DNA of 64,000 nt from an uncultured Gammaproteobacteria bacterium (GTDB lineage Bacteria > Patescibacteriota > Patescibacteriia > Patescibacteriales > GWE2-39-37), in assembly GCA_964443495.1 (NCBI GenBank), contig CAYUCS010000002.1, forward strand, positions 324,021-388,020. The letters are read 5' to 3'. The translations under genes and the position numbers were made by a program. Shown here one piece after another: positions 27,470-37,390 of this stretch (position 1 is its first letter; each line of letters opens with the position of its first letter). The notes beneath the pieces are model-generated. The model did no database searches, was not told the origin of the DNA, and was given only the letters and a program-made list of their open reading frames with translations.

Positions 27470-27498
27470 ACCTGGGCGAAACAACCCAGGTTTTTTTA
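27470..27498 (+). terminator. rho-independent terminator
   Basis: acctggg / cccaggt stem followed by ttttttt. Confidence 0.75.
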
Positions 27499-27552
27499 TT
27501 TCAGAAACCGGCTACAGGATCGCCGCCGGCCGATGTTTTGTTTTTATGCTAG

Positions 27553-28161
27553 CTAATCCTTCGGCTTATTCATCAAATATGCCTCTAACCATTCACGTAA
27601 CTCCTTGAATGCGCGGCCGCGATGAGAAAGAATGTTTTTTTCTTCCATGCTCATCTCAGCGAACGACCTGCTATGCCCTTCCGGAATGAAAATCCGATCA
27701 TATGGCAATTTAGGATGGGCCTCGCCGACCAGCATATCAGAGATGCAGCCCTCGGTCTGGCCAGTGAACGTCCAGTATTCACCGGACGGAGAGACAATGG
27801 CTGCACAGCTGACAAATCGGGCCGTACGCCTGTCGCCAGGCACGTCTTCCATGGCGGCTAACGTGTACTCAGCCAGATCAACCCCCTCGCCGGCCCAGCG
27901 CGCCGAATGAACTCCTGGACGTCCGTCCAAGGCATCGATGCAGATGCCGCTGTCATCGGCAACCGACCACTGGCCGGTGCGTTCAGCTACGAAGCTGGCC
28001 TTTTTCAAGGCATTACCCTCGAAAGTGTCGCAATCCTCGACCGGCTCTTCTTTGATGCCAGCCGCTTCAGCATCGATAATTTCAACAGGCAAACCGGCAA
28101 GGATCGCCCGCATCTCGATTAGTTTGCCCTTATTGTGTGTCGCAAAAATTATTTTTTCCAT
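27553..28161 (-). CDS. rdgB: RdgB/HAM1-family non-canonical purine NTP pyrophosphatase
   Basis: 202 aa. FATHNKGKLIEM N-terminus and C-terminal SHRGRAFKEL motif. Confidence 0.85.
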   Translation of the reverse strand: MEKIIFATHNKGKLIEMRAILAGLPVEIIDAEAAGIKEEPVEDCDTFEGNALKKASFVAERTGQWSVADDSGICIDALDGRPGVHSARWAGEGVDLAEYTLAAMEDVPGDRRTARFVSCAAIVSPSGEYWTFTGQTEGCISDMLVGEAHPKLPYDRIFIPEGHSRSFAEMSMEEKNILSHRGRAFKELREWLEAYLMNKPKD

Positions 28162-28256
28162 ATATCAATCTTTAATTAACAAAGCACCAATGCCACGAAA
28201 CGCAATGAGGCCGTCTCCGGCCTCGACAGCTATTTTTACACGAACAGACCCGCTCG

Positions 28257-29045
28257 TTAAAGGGATCTGATCAGTCGCAAGATATCGTCATGCAGCAAAG
28301 CGTTCGTCGCCAAAACGCTGCGGTCCGACAGTTGCCATTGCTTACCTGCCAAATCAGTCACTTGTCCGCCTGCCTCGCGCACCAACAAGATGCCGGCCGC
28401 GATATCCCAAGGCTTGGCTCCGGGTATCAGCAGGCTCTCGACTCGCCCGCAAGCCACGTAGGCCAATTCCAGAGCAGCACTGCCGAGCTGGCGGCAGTCG
28501 AACTGGCTCTGTTTCTGCTTCTGATAATACTTCAAAGCTAGCTTGATGTCATCAGCCAGGTAACCGTGGCAGAATGTGTGGATCGAACGGTTGCTGCGCA
28601 CGTCGGAAACCCGTATTTTCTTACCGTTGCGGGTCGCGCCTTGATGCCTTATCGCTACGAACATCTCTTTCAAGACAGGAAGGTAAACGACGCCGACGAT
28701 CGGCTGGCCTTGATAAGCCAAAGCGATGGATATGGACCACAGCGGATTATGGAAAGTGAAATTGGTCGTGCCGTCTATCGGATCGATTATCCAAAGATAA
28801 TCAGATTTCACATTCTCCATCCCTCCTTCCTCTTCGCCCAGTACCCCGTGGTCGGGGAATGCCCTGGACAGCTCGCGACGGATTATCCGCTCGGCCGCGG
28901 TATCGAACTCTGTCACGACCTCTTTGCTTGATTTGAAGGCGATATGGCTGCGGTCGAAGCGATCGAACTCCTTCAAGAGCATCATGCCGGCCTTTTTGGC
29001 GGCAGCGATCGCGACTGTCTTGAATTTAGGATTTATCTTTTCCAT
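28257..29045 (-). CDS. inositol monophosphatase family protein (SuhB-like)
   Basis: 262 aa. WIIDPIDGTTNF and LGSAALELAYVACGR motifs. Confidence 0.85.
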   Translation of the reverse strand: MEKINPKFKTVAIAAAKKAGMMLLKEFDRFDRSHIAFKSSKEVVTEFDTAAERIIRRELSRAFPDHGVLGEEEGGMENVKSDYLWIIDPIDGTTNFTFHNPLWSISIALAYQGQPIVGVVYLPVLKEMFVAIRHQGATRNGKKIRVSDVRSNRSIHTFCHGYLADDIKLALKYYQKQKQSQFDCRQLGSAALELAYVACGRVESLLIPGAKPWDIAAGILLVREAGGQVTDLAGKQWQLSDRSVLATNALLHDDILRLIRSL

Positions 29046-29541
29046 AAGCCAATTCGTCTAGTATTTTAAGCTCGAGCTTGTCTTCAGCAGCATCCCAAAC
29101 GGCGAAAGTCGCCATATAAAAGACACCCCCCAAAGTACCTGGGTTAATCAAGCGGACGCCATGCTCCTCCGACTCCCACGGCTTGTGAGTATGGCCATAG
29201 AATACCAAATCGAACTTGGCCTGGTGGAAGAGGTGCTTAATATGATACGGCTCGTGGCAGAAGCCGACCTTCTTGCCATTGATCGCCAGCTTGCCGCCCT
29301 TGCGGTCATAGAATTTGATGTTGGAATAATTATTGATGATCGCCTCGTCGTAGTTGTCGGCATTGCCCATCAATAAATGGATCATGCCTTTGAAGCGCTC
29401 GGCCAAGAAACTGACAGTCTCCGCATTCGCGAGATCGCCGCAGCAGATCATCGTGCCGATGCCTTGTGAATTGCACCAATCAAGGCAACGTTCGAGGTTG
29501 GGCAGATTGTCATGGACGTCAGAGATTATCGCTATTTTCAT
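29026..29541 (-). CDS. YfcE/MJ0936-type metallophosphoesterase
   Basis: The start at ATG 29541 (MKIAIISDVHDN) overlaps the MFS stop (ATGA). GDLAN, GNAD and GHTH metal-binding motifs. Confidence 0.75.
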   Translation of the reverse strand: MKIAIISDVHDNLPNLERCLDWCNSQGIGTMICCGDLANAETVSFLAERFKGMIHLLMGNADNYDEAIINNYSNIKFYDRKGGKLAINGKKVGFCHEPYHIKHLFHQAKFDLVFYGHTHKPWESEEHGVRLINPGTLGGVFYMATFAVWDAAEDKLELKILDELAYGKDKS

Positions 29542-30725
29542 GATGTTATCTTTTGTTCGGCTTCGCTCAGGTTGTCCTTCAGCCTGATGGCCGGCACGAC
29601 GGCCGAAAAGACCACCAAGGCGTTGACCAGAAACAGCTCGCGCAGGCCGACCCAATTGAGGAGTATGGCCGAAGCGCCGGCTGCCATGATGTAGCCGACC
29701 GGTGCGGCCGTACGGAATAAATCTATCAGATCGACATCGTCGCCGTCAATCCTCTTATAAAAATACGAATCTCTCAGGATGGCAACCGAAGCGGCGCCGA
29801 TGCGCGTTCCAAGCATGCCCAGGGACCAGATCCAGACCGACGGCACGGTAATGAAATACAAGAGGCCGGTGAACACGCCCTGCCAGATCAGGAAGAAAAT
29901 AAGCATCTCTTTCTCGCCCCATTTCTTGTCCGCCAGCCAGCCGATAGGGTACTCGAAGAAAACGAACGGAATCAGCATGATCATGAGGATCGTGCCGATC
30001 TGTCCCCAATCAAGCCCCAGGTCACGGAGGTAGAGCGATGAATAGATTATCATCAGGCCGTAGAAGAACTCCAGGGCGCAGGAAATGTAGTAGATTTTTT
30101 TAATGCTGCCACGACGCCAAGCCTTAGCCAACAGCTCCCTGACGGTCGAACGCACGTCCGGATGGCCGTTGACAATGTGATTGAGCCCGGAAAAAACGAA
30201 AAGCAAAATAAGGCTCTTGAGGATCAAGACAGTGATAATGATCATGGCAAAACCGTAATTCTCCAAAAGCCAGCTGGACAGTTTCGGACCGAAAATGAAC
30301 CCGATGTTGAGTATGGTCAGATAGACTCCGCGTATGCGCCCTGAACTGTTGTCCCGCGAATACGATTCAAGCACTACATCCATGCTGACATTCATCATGC
30401 TGTCGAAGATCAGGAACATGATCAAGGCAACGATGCCGATCCAAGGAGAATAATTGACCAGCATCAAAGAAAGCGACATGATCTCGCCGGTAATCGCCAG
30501 GCGCAAGACGTGCGACTTGCCCCAGGTCCGGACGAACTTATGCAGATTGACCAAAAGGACCAAGACGATGAGATACGCGACAAAATAGAAGCTGCCGACG
30601 TCTTCCTGGCCTGACTGCTGCTTAAAGAAGGTGGCAGCGACATAAACCAGGAGCGACTGGGAAAAGCCGACCATCGCTGCCAAGCTGTAGATTATTCCTA
30701 GTTTCCCCTTGGTGATAGCTGCCAT
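29538..30725 (-). CDS. MFS-type transporter
   Basis: 395 aa, about 12 hydrophobic spans with two-fold organisation. The family call comes from topology only. Confidence 0.65.
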   Translation of the reverse strand: MAAITKGKLGIIYSLAAMVGFSQSLLVYVAATFFKQQSGQEDVGSFYFVAYLIVLVLLVNLHKFVRTWGKSHVLRLAITGEIMSLSLMLVNYSPWIGIVALIMFLIFDSMMNVSMDVVLESYSRDNSSGRIRGVYLTILNIGFIFGPKLSSWLLENYGFAMIIITVLILKSLILLFVFSGLNHIVNGHPDVRSTVRELLAKAWRRGSIKKIYYISCALEFFYGLMIIYSSLYLRDLGLDWGQIGTILMIMLIPFVFFEYPIGWLADKKWGEKEMLIFFLIWQGVFTGLLYFITVPSVWIWSLGMLGTRIGAASVAILRDSYFYKRIDGDDVDLIDLFRTAAPVGYIMAAGASAILLNWVGLRELFLVNALVVFSAVVPAIRLKDNLSEAEQKITS

Positions 30726-30733
30726 GCTAGGTA

Positions 30734-31306
30734 TTAATGACGAAGTTTGATTTCATAGACCATCTGCTCGATCCGGCGCAGATTGCCCTTGGCCTGATCG
30801 TATTTGGTGCGCAGGTAAGACGTAAGATTGAATTCAACCAGTTCGGCCATGATTTCCGTGATGATTTCCTTGATCCTTTCCACTTCGTCGATCCGACCGT
30901 TAGTCGCCTCCTTGATCGCCAGCCGTACCAACTCTCCGGTAGTATCGCACAGGCCGCCCAAGTAGCTGTCAAAATCGACGCGCAATTCCTTGATCGGGCT
31001 GATTTCTCCATTGGCGATGATCTTGTAGAACATCTTGGCCTCGACATATTCTTCCAAGGCCGCTTTGTAACTCCCTTCATAGCGCAAAGAGGGGGTCTTT
31101 TTGAAAGTCGGTTCCAGTGCGGACAAGGTCGCTTCAACCTCTTTCAGGATCACGGCCGCCTCTTTGGTCTGGCCGCGATGCAGAGTGAAGATCGATATCT
31201 TGGATTTGTGCAAAGCTTCGTTGGCACGGCCGATGATTTCCCGGCGGCTTTGGTTGAAAAATGAGTAATCCTCTTTGAGCTTGGCAAAAAACTGATGTTG
31301 AGACAT
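30734..31306 (-). CDS. translin-family protein
   Basis: 190 aa, helical. SYLGGLCDTTGELVRLAI resembles the conserved YLxGxxDxTGELxR segment of translin/TRAX. Confidence 0.55.
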   Translation of the reverse strand: MSQHQFFAKLKEDYSFFNQSRREIIGRANEALHKSKISIFTLHRGQTKEAAVILKEVEATLSALEPTFKKTPSLRYEGSYKAALEEYVEAKMFYKIIANGEISPIKELRVDFDSYLGGLCDTTGELVRLAIKEATNGRIDEVERIKEIITEIMAELVEFNLTSYLRTKYDQAKGNLRRIEQMVYEIKLRH

Positions 31307-31389
31307 GGGTTGTAAGTCTAAATTATAAAGGCTAATTTCTAAATGTCTTTATCATTTAGCCTTTAGAAATTAGCCTTTAGCTTCGAAGA

Positions 31390-33105
31390 CTATTCCGCCA
31401 CACGGAACACCTCTTCGAGGCTTGTCTGCCCCAGAAGCGCCTTGATGACACCATCTTGCGCCATCGTCACCATGCCGAAACGCATGGCCACGTCGCGCAT
31501 GTCGTATTCGCTGACATTGCCCGACAGGATCATCTTCTCGATTTCCGGATTCATGGTCATGATCTCGTAAATACCGACCCGGCCCTTGAAGCCGATGCCC
31601 TGGCAACGGTCGCAGCCTTTGCCTTCATAGAATTTCAAATTATCGATATCGATCGTGGACTTTTCCGATTCCGGCAATTTACCGATCAAATCCTTGGCCC
31701 GCTGGAGGTGATCGGCGGGTGGCACGACTTCCTGTTTGCACTCCTGGCAGATGCGCCGCACCAAGCGCTGGCCGATGACCGCGTTAATGGCTGGGGCCAA
31801 AAGAAAAGGTTTTACGCCCATGGACATGAAGCGAGGCACGGCACCGGCCGCGTCGTTGGTATGGATAGTCGAGAGCACCACATGGCCGGTCAAAGCGGCC
31901 TGAATGGCTACCTCGGCCGTTTCCAAGTCGCGGATTTCGCCGACCATGATGACGTCCGGATCTTGGCGGACAATCGAGCGCAAAGCCTGGGCGAAAGTAT
32001 AATTCGGTCCGGTCTGCGACTGGTTCACGCCCTTAAGCTGGTATTCGATCGGGTCCTCGACCGTGATGATCTTCGTCTCGGAATCATTCAGCTTCTTCAG
32101 GATGGCGTAAAGAGTGGTCGTCTTACCGGATCCGGTCGGACCGGTCGTGACGATCATGCCGTTGGGCCGCTCGACTTCGCGTTTGAGCTGTTCGAAGGCG
32201 GAGGCGCGGATGCCCAATTCCTCGAAGCCCAAACCGACTGAGCTGGAACGCAAAAAGCGCATAACGACGCTCTCGCCATAGGCGGTCGGCAAGAAAGAGA
32301 CACGGATATCGATTCTCTCTTTCGAGGTACTGATCGAGATGCGCCCATCCTGAGGTCGGTTAGTGATATTGATTTTGACCTTGGCCAGACCCTTCAAGCG
32401 GGATATGATCTTCTTCCACAGATCGGATTCAAGGCTGGCGACTTCGTGCAAGACGCCGTCCAGACGGAAGCGGACCTTGATCGCCACCTCTTCGGCCTCG
32501 ATGTGCATATCGGAAGTGCCGGATTTGACGGCTGCCGCCATGATTACCTTGATGATTTCAGACACCTGTCCAGTGTTGATCTGATTCTGCAGATCAGTGA
32601 ACGAGGTGAAGGTTTCGCTATACTTATCCAGGTCAGCCTGCTCGATCGTCAGGCCTCGCGATTGCGCGACCCGCTTCGGCAGCTTGCTGTAAAAATCAAA
32701 GGCATATTTCATGCTGTTGACCGAAACGTAATAGAGCTGGCCTCGGCAATGGTGCTCTTCAAGGATCGACTTGAATTTCTCCATGACTTCGGGATTAGCC
32801 GGTTGGTTGGTGGCCGCATTGATCTTTACGCCGTCATAATAGAAGCAAGCCAGGTTCAGGCGCTTCGACTCCTCTTCCGGTATCAATTGGATCGCCTCCG
32901 GACTGATGGGGAATTTGAACACGTTGAAATATGGCAAGCCATAAGCGGCGGCCGTCAACTCGGCCTCTCTCTCGATATCTTTCTTGGTGATGTCGGCCTG
33001 CTTGGCAGCAAACTGGGAAGTCGCGGAATTGTCATCGGTGCTGACCCTACCCTTTGATGCGCTGATCAAGTCTTCGATCGATTGTACTGATTTATCCTTG
33101 TCCAT
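31390..33105 (-). CDS. pilB: type II secretion / type IV pilus assembly ATPase (GspE/PilB family)
   Basis: 571 aa. Walker A GPTGSGKTTT, Asp box VEDPIEY, Walker B DPDVIMVGEIRD, His box GHVVLSTIHTN. Tetracysteine CQECK...CDRCQG. Confidence 0.9.
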   Translation of the reverse strand: MDKDKSVQSIEDLISASKGRVSTDDNSATSQFAAKQADITKKDIEREAELTAAAYGLPYFNVFKFPISPEAIQLIPEEESKRLNLACFYYDGVKINAATNQPANPEVMEKFKSILEEHHCRGQLYYVSVNSMKYAFDFYSKLPKRVAQSRGLTIEQADLDKYSETFTSFTDLQNQINTGQVSEIIKVIMAAAVKSGTSDMHIEAEEVAIKVRFRLDGVLHEVASLESDLWKKIISRLKGLAKVKINITNRPQDGRISISTSKERIDIRVSFLPTAYGESVVMRFLRSSSVGLGFEELGIRASAFEQLKREVERPNGMIVTTGPTGSGKTTTLYAILKKLNDSETKIITVEDPIEYQLKGVNQSQTGPNYTFAQALRSIVRQDPDVIMVGEIRDLETAEVAIQAALTGHVVLSTIHTNDAAGAVPRFMSMGVKPFLLAPAINAVIGQRLVRRICQECKQEVVPPADHLQRAKDLIGKLPESEKSTIDIDNLKFYEGKGCDRCQGIGFKGRVGIYEIMTMNPEIEKMILSGNVSEYDMRDVAMRFGMVTMAQDGVIKALLGQTSLEEVFRVAE

Positions 33106-33143
33106 ATGTTTATTCTTTACCCATCATACCAGAAATAATCATC

Positions 33144-33181
33144 TAAATAAAGCACCTGCCGAACCGATGGCTGGCAGGTGC
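33144..33181 (-). terminator. terminator after the membrane protein gene
   Basis: gcacctgcc / ggcaggtgc stem. On the minus strand it is followed by tttatttagatgattattt. Confidence 0.55.
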
Positions 33182-33203
33182 CGGGATGCTTGCTTGTAAA
33201 TGT

Positions 33204-34190
33204 CTACTTGGTCCAGCCGTCGAACATCCGGACTAGCTTGCTGACACCGCCCTTGCCGGTCAGCTCCAGGAATAAACCGGTCCAAGCGCTGATCTGAAAG
33301 ACCGTAATCAATGAACCGAATGCGGCAACGGCAAAAATGCCGATAATCATCGCCAGGGCAAAAATCAAAGAGGAGGCTCCGGCCGAAACGGTGTAATAAA
33401 CCAAAAGCGACAGGAATAAGAACGGGATAGACATGGCCAACAGGATGATTAAAATGACAAACCCGGCGATGAAAGTGGCAAAAAACAGGATAAAGGCCAT
33501 CTCCAAGCTGACCAGCCAATTATCGACGAACAGCTTCCAGCCGCGCTTCAAAGCCGTGTAAAAATCATCACCCTTGATGATGCGGTAAGCCATGGCATAT
33601 TTGATAATGAAGGTCAGTATCACCGCGATCGGAATGAAAATAAGAAAGCTGAAAAGGTAGATGAAATTCAAGCCCACCAAGCCGACGTGCCTGAAACTTA
33701 GAGCTACCGGAATGCTCATCAAAAGGAGGCAGAAATAAATAACGAACTTTATGATGACATTCAGTCCGGCCAAGGTCCAGAAGTTGTTCATGCCTACCTC
33801 CAGGCCGGATTTGAAATCATGATTCTTTTTCAGATATACCTGGGTGGCATTGTGGACCAATGACCCCTGTGAAACGATTGTCAGCCAAATGATGAAAATC
33901 GTCACGAACAACAGGAGGAGCGTCATGGCGACGAACAGCACGAAAGATGCCGGATCATTAAGCATGAACGTCTTGAGCGTCGCCGCGGTTTGGCCGCTGA
34001 AGACATTGGTCTGGGCGAAGCGGTTCAGGGTGTCAATGACGCCGAAATTAGGCATGCCAGACATGCTTTGGCTGACGATTTCATACTCGCCGGTACCGAT
34101 CATAGCGGCAAAAAGGCCGAAAAACCAAAGATACTTATGGCTCCAGCTCAATTGCCAGGCTTGTTTCAAAATGTTTCGATACAAGGACAT
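33204..34190 (-). CDS. polytopic membrane protein, unknown function
   Basis: 328-aa ORF with about 7 hydrophobic spans. Confidence 0.6.
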   Translation of the reverse strand: MSLYRNILKQAWQLSWSHKYLWFFGLFAAMIGTGEYEIVSQSMSGMPNFGVIDTLNRFAQTNVFSGQTAATLKTFMLNDPASFVLFVAMTLLLLFVTIFIIWLTIVSQGSLVHNATQVYLKKNHDFKSGLEVGMNNFWTLAGLNVIIKFVIYFCLLLMSIPVALSFRHVGLVGLNFIYLFSFLIFIPIAVILTFIIKYAMAYRIIKGDDFYTALKRGWKLFVDNWLVSLEMAFILFFATFIAGFVILIILLAMSIPFLFLSLLVYYTVSAGASSLIFALAMIIGIFAVAAFGSLITVFQISAWTGLFLELTGKGGVSKLVRMFDGWTK

Positions 34191-34285
34191 AAAATTCCTC
34201 CTTAAATTTTATAATTAATATACCATTATTATAACACAAACAAAGAAAGGACAAAATAGATACAGGAAACGCCAACTCAAATATC

Positions 34286-34314
34286 TTGACAAATATATCC
34301 ATATATGGTATTAT
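34286..34314 (+). promoter_or_regulatory. sigma-70-type promoter
   Basis: TTGACA, 17-nt spacer, TATTAT, 50 nt upstream of the ATG at 34364. Confidence 0.55.
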
Positions 34315-34363
34315 TAATAATTATCTGTACATATTCAACATCACCCCCAGAGGAGGTTTAACC

Positions 34364-34669
34364 ATGAAGAAAGCTACAATCATTGCAGCCATTGCCACCC
34401 TGATGCTCACGAACATCGCCACCGCCCAGACCGACACCGCTTTCGCTGACGCCAGCATCCAGCTCGCGTTCGAGCGCGGTATGCTCAGTAAGAGCGAGCT
34501 GCGGCCGATTGCCGCACGCATGGGAGAACTTCTCTCGGAGGATGGGTCGATTGACCCGAAATGGCTCAAAGAGCAGAAGCTGGTCCAGCTCCAGGCCGAC
34601 ATAACTCCTATCAGCCGAACGGTCAAACTGACCGACGGCAAAAAGGTGCTGAAGGTCAGCCTTAACTGA
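34364..34669 (+). CDS. small secreted hypothetical protein
   Basis: 101 aa from the internal ATG, preceded by SD aggagg at 34351. Signal peptide MKKATIIAAIATLMLTNIATAQ. Confidence 0.55.
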   Translation: MKKATIIAAIATLMLTNIATAQTDTAFADASIQLAFERGMLSKSELRPIAARMGELLSEDGSIDPKWLKEQKLVQLQADITPISRTVKLTDGKKVLKVSLN

Positions 34670-34746
34670 CCCCCCCCCTCATGCAACTTGCAACAAAAAG
34701 CCCCCGATACTCTCGGGGGCGTTTTTATCTGGAAATCTATTTTTAG

Positions 34747-37275
34747 CTAGGCCGCTGCCTGAGCCAGCTTGCGATTATGCAGCTTGTAGAATATCTTCTT
34801 GGCCACTTCGACTAAGCCGAGGTAGACCAAGACATAACTGGCAATGATGACCATGATATACATCGGCAGGCGGTCGAACTGCAGCATGGCGCCGAGCGGC
34901 GTGTACTGGATACACCAAGCGAAGACGACCGCGAAAAAAGTGGTCAGGAACAAAGCGCGACTCGGGCGGCTCTGCAGGAATGGCGTCTTCTTGGTGCGGA
35001 TTATATAGATTACAAAAACCTGCGTAGCGATCGATTCGATGAACCAACCGGTTTGGAACTGATGCTCGGTCAGGCGGTAAACGAAATACAGGAGATAGAA
35101 AGTCAGGAAATCGAAAGCCGAGCTGATCAGTCCGAAAACGGTCATGTACTTGCGGATGAATGCCAAGTCCCAGTGAGCCGGCTTGCGCAAGTCATCCTCA
35201 TCGACGGCGTCGGTCGGCAGAGAGAATTGGGAAAAATCATAAATAAGGTTATTGAACAGGACTTGGGCTGGCAGCATCGGCAAGAACGGCAGGAAGGTCA
35301 CAGCACCCATCATCGAGAACATGTTGCCGAAGTTCGAAGACAGGCCCATCAGGACATATTTCAAGGTATTGTGGAACGTCTTGCGCCCCTCGATGACTCC
35401 GTCTTTCAATGATTCGAGACTCTTTTCCATCAAGATGATGTCGGCCGTATCCTTGGCGATATCGACGGCGTTGTTGACCGAAATGCCGACGTCAGCCGCC
35501 TTCAGGGCCGGCGCGTCGTTGATGCCGTCGCCCATGAAGCCGACAGTCTTGCCTTGCTTCTTCAAAAGCATGATGATGCGCTCCTTCTGATCCGGGGTGA
35601 TGCGTGCGAACAGGGCTGTCTCGGCAATTTTGCGGCTCAGCACCATATCATCCATCCGCCTGATTTCCTCGCCGGTCAATACGCCGTTTATCTCCAGTCC
35701 GATATCGCGGCAGATCTTCTGCGACAGTATATCATTGTCACCGGTAAGAATCTTGACTTGGATGCCAAGCTCTTCCAATTCTACCAGGGTCTGCTTGACG
35801 CTCTCTTTGGGCGGGTCAAGGAAGGCTAGAAAGCCGGAAAACACCATCTCTTCTTCGAATTTCTTACTATACCTGGCGACTTGGTCGCTCGGCAGCTCGC
35901 GATAGCACAGTCCCAGGACGCGGAAGCCGTCGGCGCTCAAATCCGCAAACTGCTTCTCGATCGCCTTCGCTTTCGAGGTATCGCTGCTGACATGGCCGTC
36001 AAGCTCGTATTTGGAGCAGATCTTCAAGATTTCTTCGGGCGCGCCTTTGGTAATCAACAGCCGTTTGCCAGCTTTCTCAACCACCATAGAGCTGCGCTTG
36101 CGGGAAAAATCATAAGGGATTTCATCAATCTTCTTGTAATCCGAAACGTTAATGTCCTTGTAATCATTAATGGCGCTATCAAGCGGATTGGTGATGCCGG
36201 TGTGGAAGTGGCTGGTCAGGTGCCCCAGCTCCAAAGCCTTGGCCGAGTCGCGGCCAAGATAATCGATATACTTGACCAAAGTGATGCGGTCCTGGGTCAG
36301 TGTGCCGGTCTTGTCGGTGCACAGGATGTCCATGCTGCCGAAATTCTCGATTGACGACAGCTGCTTGACGATGACATTCTTCTTGGCCATAAGCTGCGAC
36401 CCCTTGCTCAGGCATACCGTAATGATCATCGGCAGCATATCAGGAGTCACGCCGATAGTGATGGCCAGGGCGAAGCTGAAGGCTTGAAGGATGACGCCGG
36501 TAGTCAGATTGGTCGAATTCTTTATCAGATACACCGCGATGACGAAGCTGACCATATAGAAGATCACCTTCATCACGAACAGGCTGAACTTCATGATGCT
36601 GATTTCGAAATCGGTTTTCGGCTCCGCCTTGTTGAGCTCTTGGGCGATCTTGCCGAACTGCGTCTTGTCGCCGGTCTGTGTCACCTCGCAATAAGCGAAG
36701 CCGCTGACAACGCTAGTGCCCATGAAGGCGATGCAGTGGTTCTCGGCATTGTTGCAGCTCATCGCCTCATCTCCGGATGCGACCTTTTCGACAGGTATGG
36801 ACTCGCCGGTCAACGATGATTGGTTAACGAAGAAATCGTCGCTGTCGATGACCATGCAATCAGCCGGCACGACATTGCCGGCCGACAAGAAGACGACATC
36901 GCCGATTACGATCTGCTTGAAATCGACATCTGTCTTGGCGCCATCCCTGATCGCCGTAACTTTTGAAGAGACCGTCGATGCTAGCTTTTCCACCACCTTC
37001 TGCGATTTGTAGCTGTTGATGAAATCCAGGACGCCGGCCAAGAAAATCATCGTCATAACGATGATCGCGCTGGCTCGCTGGCCCATGGCGAACGACACGG
37101 TCGAGATGATGATCATCAGCAGGAATAGCGGATTGTTGAACTTGCTGATAAATATCAATAACGGTCCGATCTGTTTCTTCTTAACGATCGTATTCTCGCC
37201 CTGTTCGCGCAAGCGTTTTCTCGCCTCCGCAGAGGACAAGCCGATGTTTTTCAAGTCGCTGTCGTTGATTGCCAT
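34747..37275 (-). CDS. mgtA: P-type ATPase, Mg2+-importing MgtA-like
   Basis: 842 aa. Phosphorylation site CTDKTGTLTQDRI, plus TGDN and MGDGINDAPALK. The N-terminal LSSAEARKRLREQGEN is typical of MgtA. Ion specificity is inferred. Confidence 0.8.
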   Translation of the reverse strand: MAINDSDLKNIGLSSAEARKRLREQGENTIVKKKQIGPLLIFISKFNNPLFLLMIIISTVSFAMGQRASAIIVMTMIFLAGVLDFINSYKSQKVVEKLASTVSSKVTAIRDGAKTDVDFKQIVIGDVVFLSAGNVVPADCMVIDSDDFFVNQSSLTGESIPVEKVASGDEAMSCNNAENHCIAFMGTSVVSGFAYCEVTQTGDKTQFGKIAQELNKAEPKTDFEISIMKFSLFVMKVIFYMVSFVIAVYLIKNSTNLTTGVILQAFSFALAITIGVTPDMLPMIITVCLSKGSQLMAKKNVIVKQLSSIENFGSMDILCTDKTGTLTQDRITLVKYIDYLGRDSAKALELGHLTSHFHTGITNPLDSAINDYKDINVSDYKKIDEIPYDFSRKRSSMVVEKAGKRLLITKGAPEEILKICSKYELDGHVSSDTSKAKAIEKQFADLSADGFRVLGLCYRELPSDQVARYSKKFEEEMVFSGFLAFLDPPKESVKQTLVELEELGIQVKILTGDNDILSQKICRDIGLEINGVLTGEEIRRMDDMVLSRKIAETALFARITPDQKERIIMLLKKQGKTVGFMGDGINDAPALKAADVGISVNNAVDIAKDTADIILMEKSLESLKDGVIEGRKTFHNTLKYVLMGLSSNFGNMFSMMGAVTFLPFLPMLPAQVLFNNLIYDFSQFSLPTDAVDEDDLRKPAHWDLAFIRKYMTVFGLISSAFDFLTFYLLYFVYRLTEHQFQTGWFIESIATQVFVIYIIRTKKTPFLQSRPSRALFLTTFFAVVFAWCIQYTPLGAMLQFDRLPMYIMVIIASYVLVYLGLVEVAKKIFYKLHNRKLAQAAA

Positions 37276-37348
37276 AAAAAAGAATTCATCCTCCTTTGGT
37301 AACGGATGAGAGAAATGTTTATGGCTATATTATACAATGTTTTGCCCA

Positions 37349-37379
37349 AACAAAAAAGCCGCCGGGTGACCGGCGGCTT
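37349..37379 (-). terminator. rho-independent terminator ending the swivel-domain operon
   Basis: aagccgccgg / ccggcggctt stem with loop gtga. On the minus strand it is followed by ttttttgtttggg. Confidence 0.75.
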
Positions 37380-37390
37380 CAGTTGGTTCA

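Noticed and set aside
29542-29655. 5' extension of the metallophosphoesterase ORF (MGRPARAVSGQRLGG...).
   Set aside because: It overlaps the MFS transporter gene. The conserved family N-terminus MKIAIISDVHDN starts at 29541, in an ATGA overlap with the MFS stop.
37276-37345. Possible Mg2+ (M-box) riboswitch upstream of the MgtA-like gene.
   Set aside because: The distance from the candidate -10 (tataat at about 37330 on the minus strand) to the ATG is only about 50 nt. That is far too short for an M-box aptamer.
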